From an uncultured Methanomassiliicoccales archaeon (GTDB lineage: Archaea > Thermoplasmatota > Thermoplasmata > Methanomassiliicoccales > UBA472): DNA of 64,000 bases. Location: positions 7,019 through 71,018 of the forward strand of contig CAVTBB010000003.1 of assembly GCA_963732855.1 (NCBI GenBank), in the 5' to 3' direction. Within the stretch, counting starts at the first letter, position 1. Each line of letters starts with the position of its first letter. The translations under genes and the position numbers were made by a program. This document shows, one piece after another, positions 25,567 to 34,772 of this stretch. Under the pieces are notes generated by a model. The model was not told where the DNA came from. It did not search any database and worked only from the letters and a program-made list of their open reading frames with translations.

Positions 25567-25983
25567 ATGAAGCTGGTGGTTTTTACTGGGGATTTTGAAC
25601 CAATAGGGAGTGGGAGCTGGATGGGTGCCAATAGGGGTCAATGGACAGTTGCCTCGATATCGATGAATCACCGTGGGATCGCGGCTGATGGAAATACAGG
25701 TCTCGACTTCACTGGATCTGCATCCGGAACACGGACCACCACAGCATACGCTGCCACTCAAACATTGGCATCATCGGTAGGCGGAGCGGCCTGGACCGCC
25801 GGCAACCACGTCGTTCAGCAGGGCGACATGATATCAATATCGATCTGCAACGACGCCGGCAATCTGAACCTCGGGTTCGCCCAGTCAGCGACGATCAAGA
25901 TAGCTCCTGCCTACGGTACGGCTGCCACGATCAATTTCATGACCCCGTCCTATTATAATTCGGACTACGTCGATCTGAAGTGA
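25567..25983 (+). CDS. hypothetical protein, Thr/Ala/Gly-rich
   Basis: The 138-aa ORF has beta-rich composition and resembles C-terminal parts of archaeal pilin-like proteins. It has no N-terminal signal or hydrophobic segment. Confidence 0.35.
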   Translation: MKLVVFTGDFEPIGSGSWMGANRGQWTVASISMNHRGIAADGNTGLDFTGSASGTRTTTAYAATQTLASSVGGAAWTAGNHVVQQGDMISISICNDAGNLNLGFAQSATIKIAPAYGTAATINFMTPSYYNSDYVDLK

Positions 25984-26102
25984 TGTGATCGAAACACCTA
26001 CGATGAAGTGCTGGAATCCAGCGCCTTCTTTCATTCATTTTCTTATTCTTTGTCCGTTCCAGCCACTACCATCGATCTCGTTCCTGAGATAGTGGCGTGA
26101 CT

Positions 26103-26570
26103 TCAACGGCTTGCCCTAGTCGTCCTCAGCTTGGAGCCGCACACCGGGCAGTCCGGCATCTCCTTGTCGAAGACCTTGCCGCAGCCCAGGCACTTGTATT
26201 TCCACTTGACCAGTTGCTTGATGGCCTTCATTCCGACCGCCTTGTATTTCAGACCGAGGAACTTGGCGGTGTTCTGGATCGAATAGTCGTCGGTCAGGAT
26301 CGTCGCCTCCATGTCCTTGGCGAGCGCTAGCAGCTCTGTGTCCACCGGGGAAAGCCGCTTCGAATCACCAGTGGCCTGCGAGGCTTGCAATATTGCCTTC
26401 CTTGACTGGGGGGAAGGGTCCATGACCGTCACCTGGTGCTCCCAGTACATCCATCTGGTGTCGTTGTACTTCTTCAGTTCGTCGACGACGCCGGGGGTGG
26501 TGTAGGCCCTGTAGTCCCCGGGAATGGACTCCATCGAGAACAGCGCTGACGTGTCCAGAACGACGATCAC
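26103..26570 (-). CDS. nob1: Nob1-like PIN-domain endonuclease with C-terminal zinc ribbon
   Basis: The 155-aa product has a PIN N-terminus (MIVVLDTSALF, TDDYSIQN). The zinc ribbon is C-terminal (CLGCGKVF..CPVCGSKL). Confidence 0.82.
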   Translation of the reverse strand: MIVVLDTSALFSMESIPGDYRAYTTPGVVDELKKYNDTRWMYWEHQVTVMDPSPQSRKAILQASQATGDSKRLSPVDTELLALAKDMEATILTDDYSIQNTAKFLGLKYKAVGMKAIKQLVKWKYKCLGCGKVFDKEMPDCPVCGSKLRTTRASR

Positions 26571-26649
26571 GTTCGGTCAATGTCCCCGCCCCCGTAATAC
26601 TTTTTCCACACAATCTTAAATACCGATTATCCTTTTTTGCTGTTCGGAC

Positions 26650-26913
26650 ATGATCGAGATAGAAGTGGACCAAGCGGTCAAGGATTATATTTTGAAAACT
26701 GGAAGGGATTTCCGCGTGAGCACGACATGTTCTGGTCCGGTCATAATGCCTCTAGAGGTCAAACCATCCAAGGAGAGTGACATTAAGGTCAAGATCGGAA
26801 AGAGCACGCTCTTCATTTCCAGGGTACAGGCCAGGTACATCGACCGGGTGACCATGGAAATGATGTATGACGCCGATGTAGGGCTTAATTGCTCTCTTTA
26901 TCCAGGTCTTTGA
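26650..26913 (+). CDS. small conserved-looking hypothetical protein
   Basis: The 87-aa ORF (MIEIEVDQAVKDYILKTG...) overlaps the 3' end of the convergent thiI-like gene by 29 nt. Confidence 0.35.
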   Translation: MIEIEVDQAVKDYILKTGRDFRVSTTCSGPVIMPLEVKPSKESDIKVKIGKSTLFISRVQARYIDRVTMEMMYDADVGLNCSLYPGL

Positions 26914-27538
26914 GCGACCTGATGTTGTCCAGGGCGTATTTCAATTGCTCTGAGACATCGATCTTCATTTCCTCCTCCAGGACGCGTTCTGGCCGAGCCA
27001 TGGTGATAGGCCTTTCCGGGACGATCGTGCACGCCGGCGCCTTCCCATGCGAGATCGATACCTCATAGGTGCCTATCTGCTTCCCGATGAACTCGATCTC
27101 GATCTTGTCCAGACCGATCAAAGGGCGTAGGACTGGGAAGTCGAGACCATATGTCTCCGCCCTCAGATTCTGAAGTGTCTGGGAGGCTACCTGTCCGAGC
27201 GATTCCCCGGTAACGATGGCATCAGCACTGATCCTCTGCGCGAATCCTTTGGCCGTCCGCAGCATCTGCCGTTTGCACAGGACGCATTGGAATGTCGCCC
27301 TGCATTTCTCGGCGTTGATCTGGTTGTTCCGGCCGTGCGGAGCGTAGTAGAAATCGAAATGCTTACCGGTGGCCTTCTCCAACGGCGCGATCATCTGGGA
27401 AGTCTTCTGGACACTGCCTGGAGCCCCATAAGGGCGGTTGTCCATGTGGAGAAGGGTCAGGTCGACGCCCCTCATTGCCATCATGTAGACGGCCACTGGT
27501 GAGTCGATACCTCCGGAGATAAGCGCCACTGCCTTCAT
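26885..27538 (-). CDS. ThiI-like PP-loop ATP pyrophosphatase (sulfurtransferase) lacking a THUMP domain
   Basis: The product has the PP-loop ALISGGIDSPVA, a VTGESLGQVASQT motif and CVLCKR. I prefer the ATG at 27538 (MKAVALISGG). Confidence 0.78.
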   Translation of the reverse strand: MKAVALISGGIDSPVAVYMMAMRGVDLTLLHMDNRPYGAPGSVQKTSQMIAPLEKATGKHFDFYYAPHGRNNQINAEKCRATFQCVLCKRQMLRTAKGFAQRISADAIVTGESLGQVASQTLQNLRAETYGLDFPVLRPLIGLDKIEIEFIGKQIGTYEVSISHGKAPACTIVPERPITMARPERVLEEEMKIDVSEQLKYALDNIRSLKDLDKESN

Positions 27539-27597
27539 ATCAGGACAAGGGGAAGTTCTCCCCAATTATAACGTTGCCGGGAAAAGCGAACACCGCA

Positions 27598-27783
27598 TCA
27601 ATTGTTGGACTTGAAGTCGCTCATGGTAGCCATTCCTGGGTATGTCGCAAAATCCTCTCCCTCTCCGTCTTCATCTTGTTCGGCGACCATGTTCAGCAGG
27701 AGTGACATTATCTCCTTCATCTGCTGGACCTCTTCCTTGAGCTCCTTGATCTCTCGGGCCAGGTCATCGTTGCTCTTAGCCAT
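27598..27783 (-). CDS. small acidic coiled-coil protein
   Basis: The 61-aa product has a heptad-like N-terminus (LAREIKELKEEVQQMKEIMSLL) and an acidic tail. Confidence 0.35.
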   Translation of the reverse strand: MAKSNDDLAREIKELKEEVQQMKEIMSLLLNMVAEQDEDGEGEDFATYPGMATMSDFKSNN

Positions 27784-27896
27784 GCAACCTCACTTTTTCT
27801 CAAACCAGGTCCTTAGCATTTATGCTTTTCGAGCAGATTGCCATGTTTGCGATAGGAGAATTATGAAAAATAGGATACCAGGATCCGCGATCCTGT

Positions 27897-28460
27897 TCAG
27901 ACGCTTTCGACGTCGCCGTAGTCGTCGGCCAACTTCCTCATGTCGCTCCTCTCGCAGGTGTTGCAGTACAAGCCTTTCTCGACCTTCAGCAACGGTTGCC
28001 TGCATTTGCGGCACAGAGCCTTGACGACCCCATAATGGGCACCGGCGGTGGTGAGTTGGATGGACGGCTTCACCTGGGTCACCTTAGCCCGGATAATGTC
28101 GCTGGGCCTAACCTCGCGGCCTACGTCCTGGACGTATTCTTGCGACAGCTTTGAGACGTGGATCGTTCCGTTCGTGTCGCCAGTGATGTTTCGGCTCTTG
28201 CCGTTGACTATGACGACCTCGGCGATCGCCATGGAGGCGCGCACGTCTGTGATCTCAGCGAAGACCTCATCGCCGATGTTTAATGTAACCATCGGGTTCT
28301 CGGCGACGACCTTAGCCACCTTCTCCTTGTCGTCGAGCTCCAAAATACCTTTGAGGGCAGAAATTACCTTGCCGTTCTCCTCATATGTGCCCTCTGCCGG
28401 CAAGTACTCCTCAGCCTCGGCCACTTCGTCGCCAGGCAAAACCTTTTTCTTATCGTTCAT
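27897..28460 (-). CDS. csl4: exosome complex RNA-binding protein Csl4
   Basis: The 187-aa product has an S1-like centre and a C-terminal zinc ribbon (CRKCRQPL...CNTCER). Confidence 0.85.
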   Translation of the reverse strand: MNDKKKVLPGDEVAEAEEYLPAEGTYEENGKVISALKGILELDDKEKVAKVVAENPMVTLNIGDEVFAEITDVRASMAIAEVVIVNGKSRNITGDTNGTIHVSKLSQEYVQDVGREVRPSDIIRAKVTQVKPSIQLTTAGAHYGVVKALCRKCRQPLLKVEKGLYCNTCERSDMRKLADDYGDVESV

Positions 28461-29068
28461 TTTGCATCACCCATTCTGCGCAAGCAGAGAAGCGAAACGT
28501 CGAAACACTTCTTAGCCTTCGTATGGAACGAAAACATATGAGGAATCTCGAATTTATACCTTTTCTGGTGGTCCATATAGAAACCGCGGTCAGAAACATA
28601 CTTGGCCAGGAAGTCGACGGTATCGCTCATGTGAATCGAATAAACGACGTCCGCAACCTTCATTGCGGTGTCAAGGAACGGTCGGTCCGCATTCCTTTTC
28701 TGGGATCCGAAGGGGGGGTTCATAACGACGGTGTCCACCCTTTCCTCGAACTCCGTGACATCAAAGTTAAAGAGGTCGATTCCCACTCCGATGAACTTTG
28801 CATTCGCGGCCGCCTGGGTGATGGCGTTCTCGTCGAGGTCGACGCCGATGACACGCTTCGCGCCGAGTTTGGCCGCTCCGATGGCCAGTATCCCTGTCCC
28901 ACATCCTAGGTCCGCGACCACCTTATCTGCGATGTCCCCCTCAGCATAGGCCATGAAGATTACGTCTGAGGCGATCACCGAGGGCGTAGAGTATTGTTCC
29001 AAAGAAGGCTTCGGCCTATCGAAAGGTGGAATGGTCTGCAGGAGCATCTCCAGGTCTTTTTTCTTCAT
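28457..29068 (-). CDS. METTL5-like class I SAM-dependent (N6-adenine) methyltransferase
   Basis: The product has DLGCGTGILAIGA and NPPFG motifs. I prefer the ATG at 29068 (MKKKDLEML). It overlaps csl4 by 4 nt. Confidence 0.8.
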   Translation of the reverse strand: MKKKDLEMLLQTIPPFDRPKPSLEQYSTPSVIASDVIFMAYAEGDIADKVVADLGCGTGILAIGAAKLGAKRVIGVDLDENAITQAAANAKFIGVGIDLFNFDVTEFEERVDTVVMNPPFGSQKRNADRPFLDTAMKVADVVYSIHMSDTVDFLAKYVSDRGFYMDHQKRYKFEIPHMFSFHTKAKKCFDVSLLCLRRMGDAK

Positions 29069-29093
29069 AGCATACCGGGATGGACCTCGAGGA

Positions 29094-29396
29094 TTAATAC
29101 TCGTAGTCGACGACCGCTCGGGCCTCTCTGACCCTGAGGATGAAATCGCCCACTTTGATGTGCTCTGGATGTGCCTGATAGGCTTGCATGTCAAGCAAAT
29201 TCGCGAAGTCCACTAAAAGGACCAGGTCATAAGATGACGGAGTATTCAACGTGTTGAAGCCGACCTCGAGCCTTTTTATCTCTTTGATCTTGTATGGAAG
29301 AAGGTCCAGCATCTCCTTCATACGGATGGCGTTTTCTGCCTTAGTCCTGCCCTCAGCTGATTCCTTCAGCCTCCACATCACGATATGTTTTAACAT
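29094..29396 (-). CDS. Dabb (stress-responsive alpha/beta barrel) family protein
   Basis: The 100-aa product starts MLKHIVMWRLKE and contains AYQAHPEHIKV. Confidence 0.8.
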   Translation of the reverse strand: MLKHIVMWRLKESAEGRTKAENAIRMKEMLDLLPYKIKEIKRLEVGFNTLNTPSSYDLVLLVDFANLLDMQAYQAHPEHIKVGDFILRVREARAVVDYEY

Positions 29397-29410
29397 ATTG
29401 ACCTTCTGCT

Positions 29411-30055
29411 CTATTGGTTTAGTCCAAGATTGAGGAAGTCGGCACTGGTGAGAATCCCGACTATCTGACCCTTACGGGAGATAAGAATGGCCTCTTCTCG
29501 CTGAAGGTGGAATGAAGCAAGATCGATCGGGGTGTCCTCAGAGAGAATGGGGAACGGTTCATCCATGATCTCCTCGATCTTGGTCCTCATGACCTCATCA
29601 TACGTCTTCCTGCCCGATTTTGTTTCCTCTATCGTATAATCGCGTATACGGTCATCGGTAATCCCGCCGACCACTCTCTCACCCACAATGACAGGAAGTT
29701 GGGTGAACCTGCCCTTCATCATCTTCTCGGTCGCTTCGCCGATCGACTGATCCGGGGTGACATGGATAACTCCGCGAGTCGCCAGGTCCCCGACCGTGAG
29801 CTGATTGCCAGTCTTCATGCCCTCCACCTTGCGTCTGCGGAGCACTTCTTCGAATGCGACGAGGATCTTGCGCACGTTACTGTAGGATGGGTCAATGCTA
29901 CCGCGTTCGATCTTCGCGATGAGGGATTGACTTACTCCCGCCAAATTTGCCAATTCTCGCTGTGATAGGTTCAGCCTCTTTCTCATCTGGCGTATCTTGT
30001 CGAGATCTGGGAGCTGGGGCACCAATGCAATCCTGGCTGACGACATGGAATTCAA
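29411..30055 (-). CDS. XRE-type HTH plus CBS-pair transcriptional regulator
   Basis: The HTH is LNLSQRELANLAGVSQSLIAKIERG. A tandem CBS-like region follows. Confidence 0.8.
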   Translation of the reverse strand: MNSMSSARIALVPQLPDLDKIRQMRKRLNLSQRELANLAGVSQSLIAKIERGSIDPSYSNVRKILVAFEEVLRRRKVEGMKTGNQLTVGDLATRGVIHVTPDQSIGEATEKMMKGRFTQLPVIVGERVVGGITDDRIRDYTIEETKSGRKTYDEVMRTKIEEIMDEPFPILSEDTPIDLASFHLQREEAILISRKGQIVGILTSADFLNLGLNQ

Positions 30056-30218
30056 CCTTCACATTCTGACTCGCTGTTAGCTTCATTGTTAACGGGAAAT
30101 ATAAGCTTTGCCAGAATCATATGAACAAACCCTGTGAGGAATCATTGTTCGAGTTATGATTTCAGCGTACAGCAATTAGACAAATAGCTAGATATTATAA
30201 AAAATATAGCTTAAATGA

Positions 30219-30584
30219 CTACAATATTGGAGTTTCATTTCCAAATTCTAGACAATTGTACAGTCGATTCGAATCGGTATTCTCATACGAATCAAAAAAC
30301 AATAACGCATATATATGTCCGATAAATAGCATCTGATGATGATCCCACTCACCGAGGTAAGCAATGGGCCTCTCCAAAATGAGAATTGCGTCGCCGATGA
30401 ACCAGTATCTTTCGGCTATACGGCAGGTTACTCTGCAAAGTATAATAGGCCACAGGATGACAAGTATCGGGCTCGATGTGAGGGCTAATCTGATGGACAG
30501 TACATACAGGAATGAGCTCGTTGTGATCAGGAGTAAGTAATATGGAATATTTCGGTGATCAAATTCACCATAAATGTGCGTCAC
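30219..30584 (-). CDS. hypothetical membrane protein in AT-rich island
   Basis: The 121-aa ORF lies in a visibly AT-rich stretch, where stop codons are frequent, so an open frame is unlikely by chance. It has hydrophobic segments and no recognisable family. Confidence 0.35.
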   Translation of the reverse strand: MTHIYGEFDHRNIPYYLLLITTSSFLYVLSIRLALTSSPILVILWPIILCRVTCRIAERYWFIGDAILILERPIAYLGEWDHHQMLFIGHIYALLFFDSYENTDSNRLYNCLEFGNETPIL

Positions 30585-30655
30585 AGGCTATCAACCCCCT
30601 CCCCAAGCCAGAGTATGCATACGGGGCGGCACGACCACCAGGATTGAAGTACCTA

Positions 30656-31780
30656 ATGGGAGGCTGCGGAATAGCCGGTTGTATGGCCTTAGACGGAAGC
30701 ACGATATCAGGCGATCGGATCGCCTCTATGTTGGCTGCCATGGGAGAGAGGGAGAATGGGCTTGGAGCGGGGTATGCGTGCTATGGTTTGTTCCCCCAGC
30801 ATCTCGAGGAGTACTGCTTCCAGATATTCTTCGATGATGAAGAGATCAAGAAACGCGTGGAGGAGTTCCTCAAGGACTATGTGGAGATACATCACGCTGA
30901 GAAGGTTTATCACCGACAGGTCTTGACCATGACCCCTCCATTCCCTGATATTTGGAGGTACTTTGTCACTCCAAAACCAGGTAAGGATTGGCATGGCAAT
31001 ACACAGATGGCACCAGACGATTTCATCATTCAAGTGGTCATGCAAGTCAATTCGACGATGAACGGAGCCCAGATCGTCTCCTCCGGGAAGAACATGGCAG
31101 TCTTCAAGGGGAACGGTTTCTCCTACGAGATATCCGATTTCTATGATATCTCGCGTTACAAGGGCAATCTCTGGATATCCCATTCCAGGTTCCCGACCAA
31201 TTCACCTGCGTGGTGGGCTGGTGCCCATCCCATGAGCGTTCTAGATTGGGGTGTCTGCCACAATGGAGAGATCACCTCATATGGGGTGAACAAGAAGTTG
31301 GTGGAGATGAATGGCTATAAATGCACAGTGCAGACCGATACCGAGGTCATATCCTACATCTGGGATCTGCTGGTGCGCAGGCACAAACTGCCCATTCAGG
31401 CTGCCGCCTTCGCGATGGCCCCATGGACCTACGAGGAGATTGCCACACTGGATCCTGACAGCAGGAAACTTGCCACCTGGCTCCGCATAGCCTACAAGGA
31501 GGCGTTCCTGAACGGGCCCTTCTCTATCCTGGTCGGGCGTTCCCAGCCGGAGATTACCCTGATCGCTCTGGCCGACCGCAAGAAACTGCGTCCGATGCTC
31601 GTGGGCAAATCACCGGATGAGAAGATGGCGTTCTGCGCCTCGGAGGAGTGTGCAGTACGAACAGTGCAGCCAGATGCGATAACATGGACGTGCAACGCAG
31701 GGAGCCCGTTCATAGCCCAGGTGGGTAAGGGCATCATAAGGAAAGGTATCGAACATCCATTCGAGGGGGCTAGGAAATGA
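30656..31780 (+). CDS. archaeal glutamate synthase, class II glutamine amidotransferase subunit
   Basis: Starting from the internal Met gives MGGCGIAG..., an Ntn-type Cys nucleophile motif. SHSRFPTNS and HNGEI are also present. Confidence 0.82.
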   Translation: MGGCGIAGCMALDGSTISGDRIASMLAAMGERENGLGAGYACYGLFPQHLEEYCFQIFFDDEEIKKRVEEFLKDYVEIHHAEKVYHRQVLTMTPPFPDIWRYFVTPKPGKDWHGNTQMAPDDFIIQVVMQVNSTMNGAQIVSSGKNMAVFKGNGFSYEISDFYDISRYKGNLWISHSRFPTNSPAWWAGAHPMSVLDWGVCHNGEITSYGVNKKLVEMNGYKCTVQTDTEVISYIWDLLVRRHKLPIQAAAFAMAPWTYEEIATLDPDSRKLATWLRIAYKEAFLNGPFSILVGRSQPEITLIALADRKKLRPMLVGKSPDEKMAFCASEECAVRTVQPDAITWTCNAGSPFIAQVGKGIIRKGIEHPFEGARK

Positions 31781-33315
31781 GCGAAAAGACGGATCGGCCT
31801 AAGCGCATGGAAACCAGGCTGCCTGAGAAGTTTATGCCGACTATCAACTACGACACCTGCGTGATGTGCAAACGTTGCGTCAACGAGTGCTCGTTCCAGG
31901 CTATCGATGTCAGGGACAACAAGGTCGTGCCGAAGGGCGGCTGCGTGGCCTGTGGCAGGTGCATAGCAGTATGCCCGACCAGGGCAATCGAGATCCGGCC
32001 ACTCCCATCGCAGTTCCCCCCACATGGCAACTGGACCGAGAGGATGAGGCGGGGCATCTATGCCCAGGCGAACAGCGGAGGAGTCCTGCTGTCATCCTGC
32101 GGCACTGACGAACCATACGATGTGATATTCGAGGATATATTGCTGGATGCAGCCCAAGTGACGAACCCTTCAATCGACCCGCTACGTGAGCCGGTGGAGA
32201 CCAGGACCTACCTGGGAGGGCGCCCGGGCAAGATCGAGGTGTGCGAAGGCGAGCGCATGAAACTTTGCGGGGGGGAAGGCCCCATCATCGAGATGGACAT
32301 GCCGATAATGTTCGGGCATGTATCTCTGGGCTCGGTGTCATATAATACGCAGAAGGCGCTGTTTATGGCGGCCAAGGAGCTCAATATCATTGCCGGTTCC
32401 GGAGAAGGTGGGCTTCATGAGGATTTCTATGTCTATGCCGACCATATCTGCTCGGAAGTGGCTTCAGGCCGCTTCGGGGTGAACGCCGAATACCTGAAGA
32501 ACACTGCGGCAGTCGAGATTAAGGTCGGCCAGGGTGCCAAACCGGGCTTGGGCGGACATCTGCCTGGGGAGAAAGTTACCCAGCTGATCTCACAAACAAG
32601 GATGATACCGTTGGGGACGGATGCGCTGTCCCCTTACCCGCATCACGACATCTACTCGATAGAGGACCTGCAACAGCTAATCTCGGTGCTCAAAGAAGCG
32701 ACCGAATATGGCCGCCCAATCGGGGTCAAGATCGCCGCTGTTCATAATGTCGGCGCTATTGCGTCTGGCATAGTTCGGGCTGGAGCTGATTTCATCACCA
32801 TAGACGGGTTCAAGGGCGGGACTGGATCTGCACCAAGGGTGATCCGAGACAACGCTGGCCTCCCCATAGAGGTGGCCATAGCGGTCGTCGATAAGAGATT
32901 GACCGATGAAGGGTTGCGTAACCGTGTGACCATCGCAGCGGGCGGAGGCATACGTTGCAGCGCCGACATGATCAAAGCGATAGCTCTAGGGGCGGACATA
33001 GCTATGGTCTCGACCGCGGCCATGATAGCCATGGGTTGCCGTGTCTGCCAACAATGCCACCGTGGATTGTGCCCTTGGGGCATCGCCACGCAAAGGGAGG
33101 ACCTCATGGCCCGCCTGGACCCGGAAATCGCCGCAGCCCGCGTGGTCAGGCTGTTCAGGGCGTGGAACGAGGAGCTGAGGGAGGTCATCGGCGGCATGGG
33201 CATTGATTCGGTAGAATCGCTGGTGGGAAACCGGGACCGGCTCAGATACTTTGGCCCGAACCCGAAGATAGCGGAAGTTATGGGCCTCAAGACCGTAGGA
33301 GAGGGGTGGGGCTGA
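31777..33315 (+). CDS. archaeal glutamate synthase, FMN/central subunit with N-terminal 2x[4Fe-4S] domain
   Basis: The ferredoxin motifs are CVMCKRCVNEC and CVACGRCIAVCP. The GltS FMN-domain motifs are GAKPGLGGHLPG and DGFKGGTGSAP. It overlaps the upstream gene by 4 nt. Confidence 0.9.
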   Translation: MSEKTDRPKRMETRLPEKFMPTINYDTCVMCKRCVNECSFQAIDVRDNKVVPKGGCVACGRCIAVCPTRAIEIRPLPSQFPPHGNWTERMRRGIYAQANSGGVLLSSCGTDEPYDVIFEDILLDAAQVTNPSIDPLREPVETRTYLGGRPGKIEVCEGERMKLCGGEGPIIEMDMPIMFGHVSLGSVSYNTQKALFMAAKELNIIAGSGEGGLHEDFYVYADHICSEVASGRFGVNAEYLKNTAAVEIKVGQGAKPGLGGHLPGEKVTQLISQTRMIPLGTDALSPYPHHDIYSIEDLQQLISVLKEATEYGRPIGVKIAAVHNVGAIASGIVRAGADFITIDGFKGGTGSAPRVIRDNAGLPIEVAIAVVDKRLTDEGLRNRVTIAAGGGIRCSADMIKAIALGADIAMVSTAAMIAMGCRVCQQCHRGLCPWGIATQREDLMARLDPEIAAARVVRLFRAWNEELREVIGGMGIDSVESLVGNRDRLRYFGPNPKIAEVMGLKTVGEGWG

Positions 33316-34154
33316 TGTCTAACATCGACTATGATTATCACGCGGAGGAGTGCGACTGCGGCAAGGACTGTACCTTCGCCAAGGAAGGCGTGGCTACGAT
33401 ACGTGCAGACGGAAGGGACACAGGTAAGGGTCCGCTGCACTACAAGACGCTCAACTGCGCCATCCGAAAGGCGATTGGTTCCGATTGCCGTACCGTGATC
33501 CTCGAAGGTGTCATGGGCCAGAGGTACATCGGCGCGACCGCGACCGGCTCAGAACTTCTAATCGTGATACATGGAACGCCGGGCAACAGCCTTGGTGCCT
33601 TCTTGAACGGACCGACCATCGAGGTCCTGGGGAATGCCCAGGATATGACCGGGAACACCATGAACTCGGGCAAGATAATCATCCATGGGAATGCCTGGGA
33701 TGTGACCGGTCTGTCCGCCCGTGGCGGTACCATCATGATCAAGGGCTCATCCGGATACCGGGTCGGCATCCACATGAAGGAATTCGGTGAGATGCGCCCT
33801 TCGCTGGTCATCGGAGGGACTGTAAAGGACTACCTGGGTGAGTATATGGCCGGCGGAACGATACTGGTGCTAGGCCTTCGTAGCGACGTGGAATCACCGG
33901 TCGGGCATAACATCGGGGCCGGGATGCACGGAGGACGCATCTACGTGAGGGGCCATGTCGATATCGGCCAGCTAGGGCCGGGTGCGGTGGTCTCCCAACT
34001 GACGGCTGAGGATACCGCCGAAATAGACTCCCTGGTCGAGGAGTTCGAAGAACACTTCGGGGAGAAGGTCGGAAGGGACTATTCCAGTTTCGTGAAGATC
34101 AATCCTTCATCATCCAGGCCGTTCAGCGGATACTACGACAAGACGAACATCTGA
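33315..34154 (+). CDS. glutamate synthase GXGXG-repeat (alpha-subunit C-terminal domain-like) subunit
   Basis: The repeats are GNAQDMTGNTMNSGKIIIHGNAWD..GLSARGGTIMIKGSSG. The ATG at 33315 overlaps the upstream TGA by 1 nt. Confidence 0.85.
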   Translation: MSNIDYDYHAEECDCGKDCTFAKEGVATIRADGRDTGKGPLHYKTLNCAIRKAIGSDCRTVILEGVMGQRYIGATATGSELLIVIHGTPGNSLGAFLNGPTIEVLGNAQDMTGNTMNSGKIIIHGNAWDVTGLSARGGTIMIKGSSGYRVGIHMKEFGEMRPSLVIGGTVKDYLGEYMAGGTILVLGLRSDVESPVGHNIGAGMHGGRIYVRGHVDIGQLGPGAVVSQLTAEDTAEIDSLVEEFEEHFGEKVGRDYSSFVKINPSSSRPFSGYYDKTNI

Positions 34155-34158
34155 GCGA

Positions 34159-34602
34159 TCAAAGACCAGGTGGCCGCGAAACAGAGTCGAGGACCACCCT
34201 AAGCTCGATGTCCCTCAAACCCATGGGGATCAGCTCGCGCGTGACGATGTCCTCGAGGGAGTGATTGTCTGGAGCGGAGATGCGGATGAGTATCCTCTTC
34301 TGTCCTGATATCTGGAGAACCTCCCTGACCCCTTCGATCTTGGTCAGCTTCTTGAGGTCTGCGGCACTCGTTTCATGCGTCAGGTTCCCCAGGACGATGG
34401 CATCAGCGTTCATGCCCATCCGCTCAGCGTTGACAATCGCATAGTAGCCGAGGATCACCTTGTCATCCTCAAGACGGCGGATCCTATCACGCACTGTCGA
34501 CGACGAACGCCTTAGCTTCACCGATACGTCATTGTACGTCATACGCCCGTCCGCTAGAAGAAGGCCGATGATCTTCCTATTCATCTGGTCGACTGTAACC
34601 AA
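34159..34602 (-). CDS. Lrp/AsnC family transcriptional regulator
   Basis: The 147-aa product has an HTH_AsnC N-terminus (MNRKIIGLLLADGRMTYNDVSVKL) and a RAM-like C-terminus. Confidence 0.85.
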   Translation of the reverse strand: MVTVDQMNRKIIGLLLADGRMTYNDVSVKLRRSSSTVRDRIRRLEDDKVILGYYAIVNAERMGMNADAIVLGNLTHETSAADLKKLTKIEGVREVLQISGQKRILIRISAPDNHSLEDIVTRELIPMGLRDIELRVVLDSVSRPPGL

Positions 34603-34772
34603 ATCGTCTCCCGCCCAACATTTCCACTTCTTCTTAGCTACCCCGGTGATATATAACTAACGGGTCACTACGCCCCACCGGCGGACTGCGGCGGCATTGA
34701 AGATGTTGAAAGCGAACTATCAAACGACCACCACCTTTGGATAAACTCGGATCCGAGGGGCCGGGCTGACAT

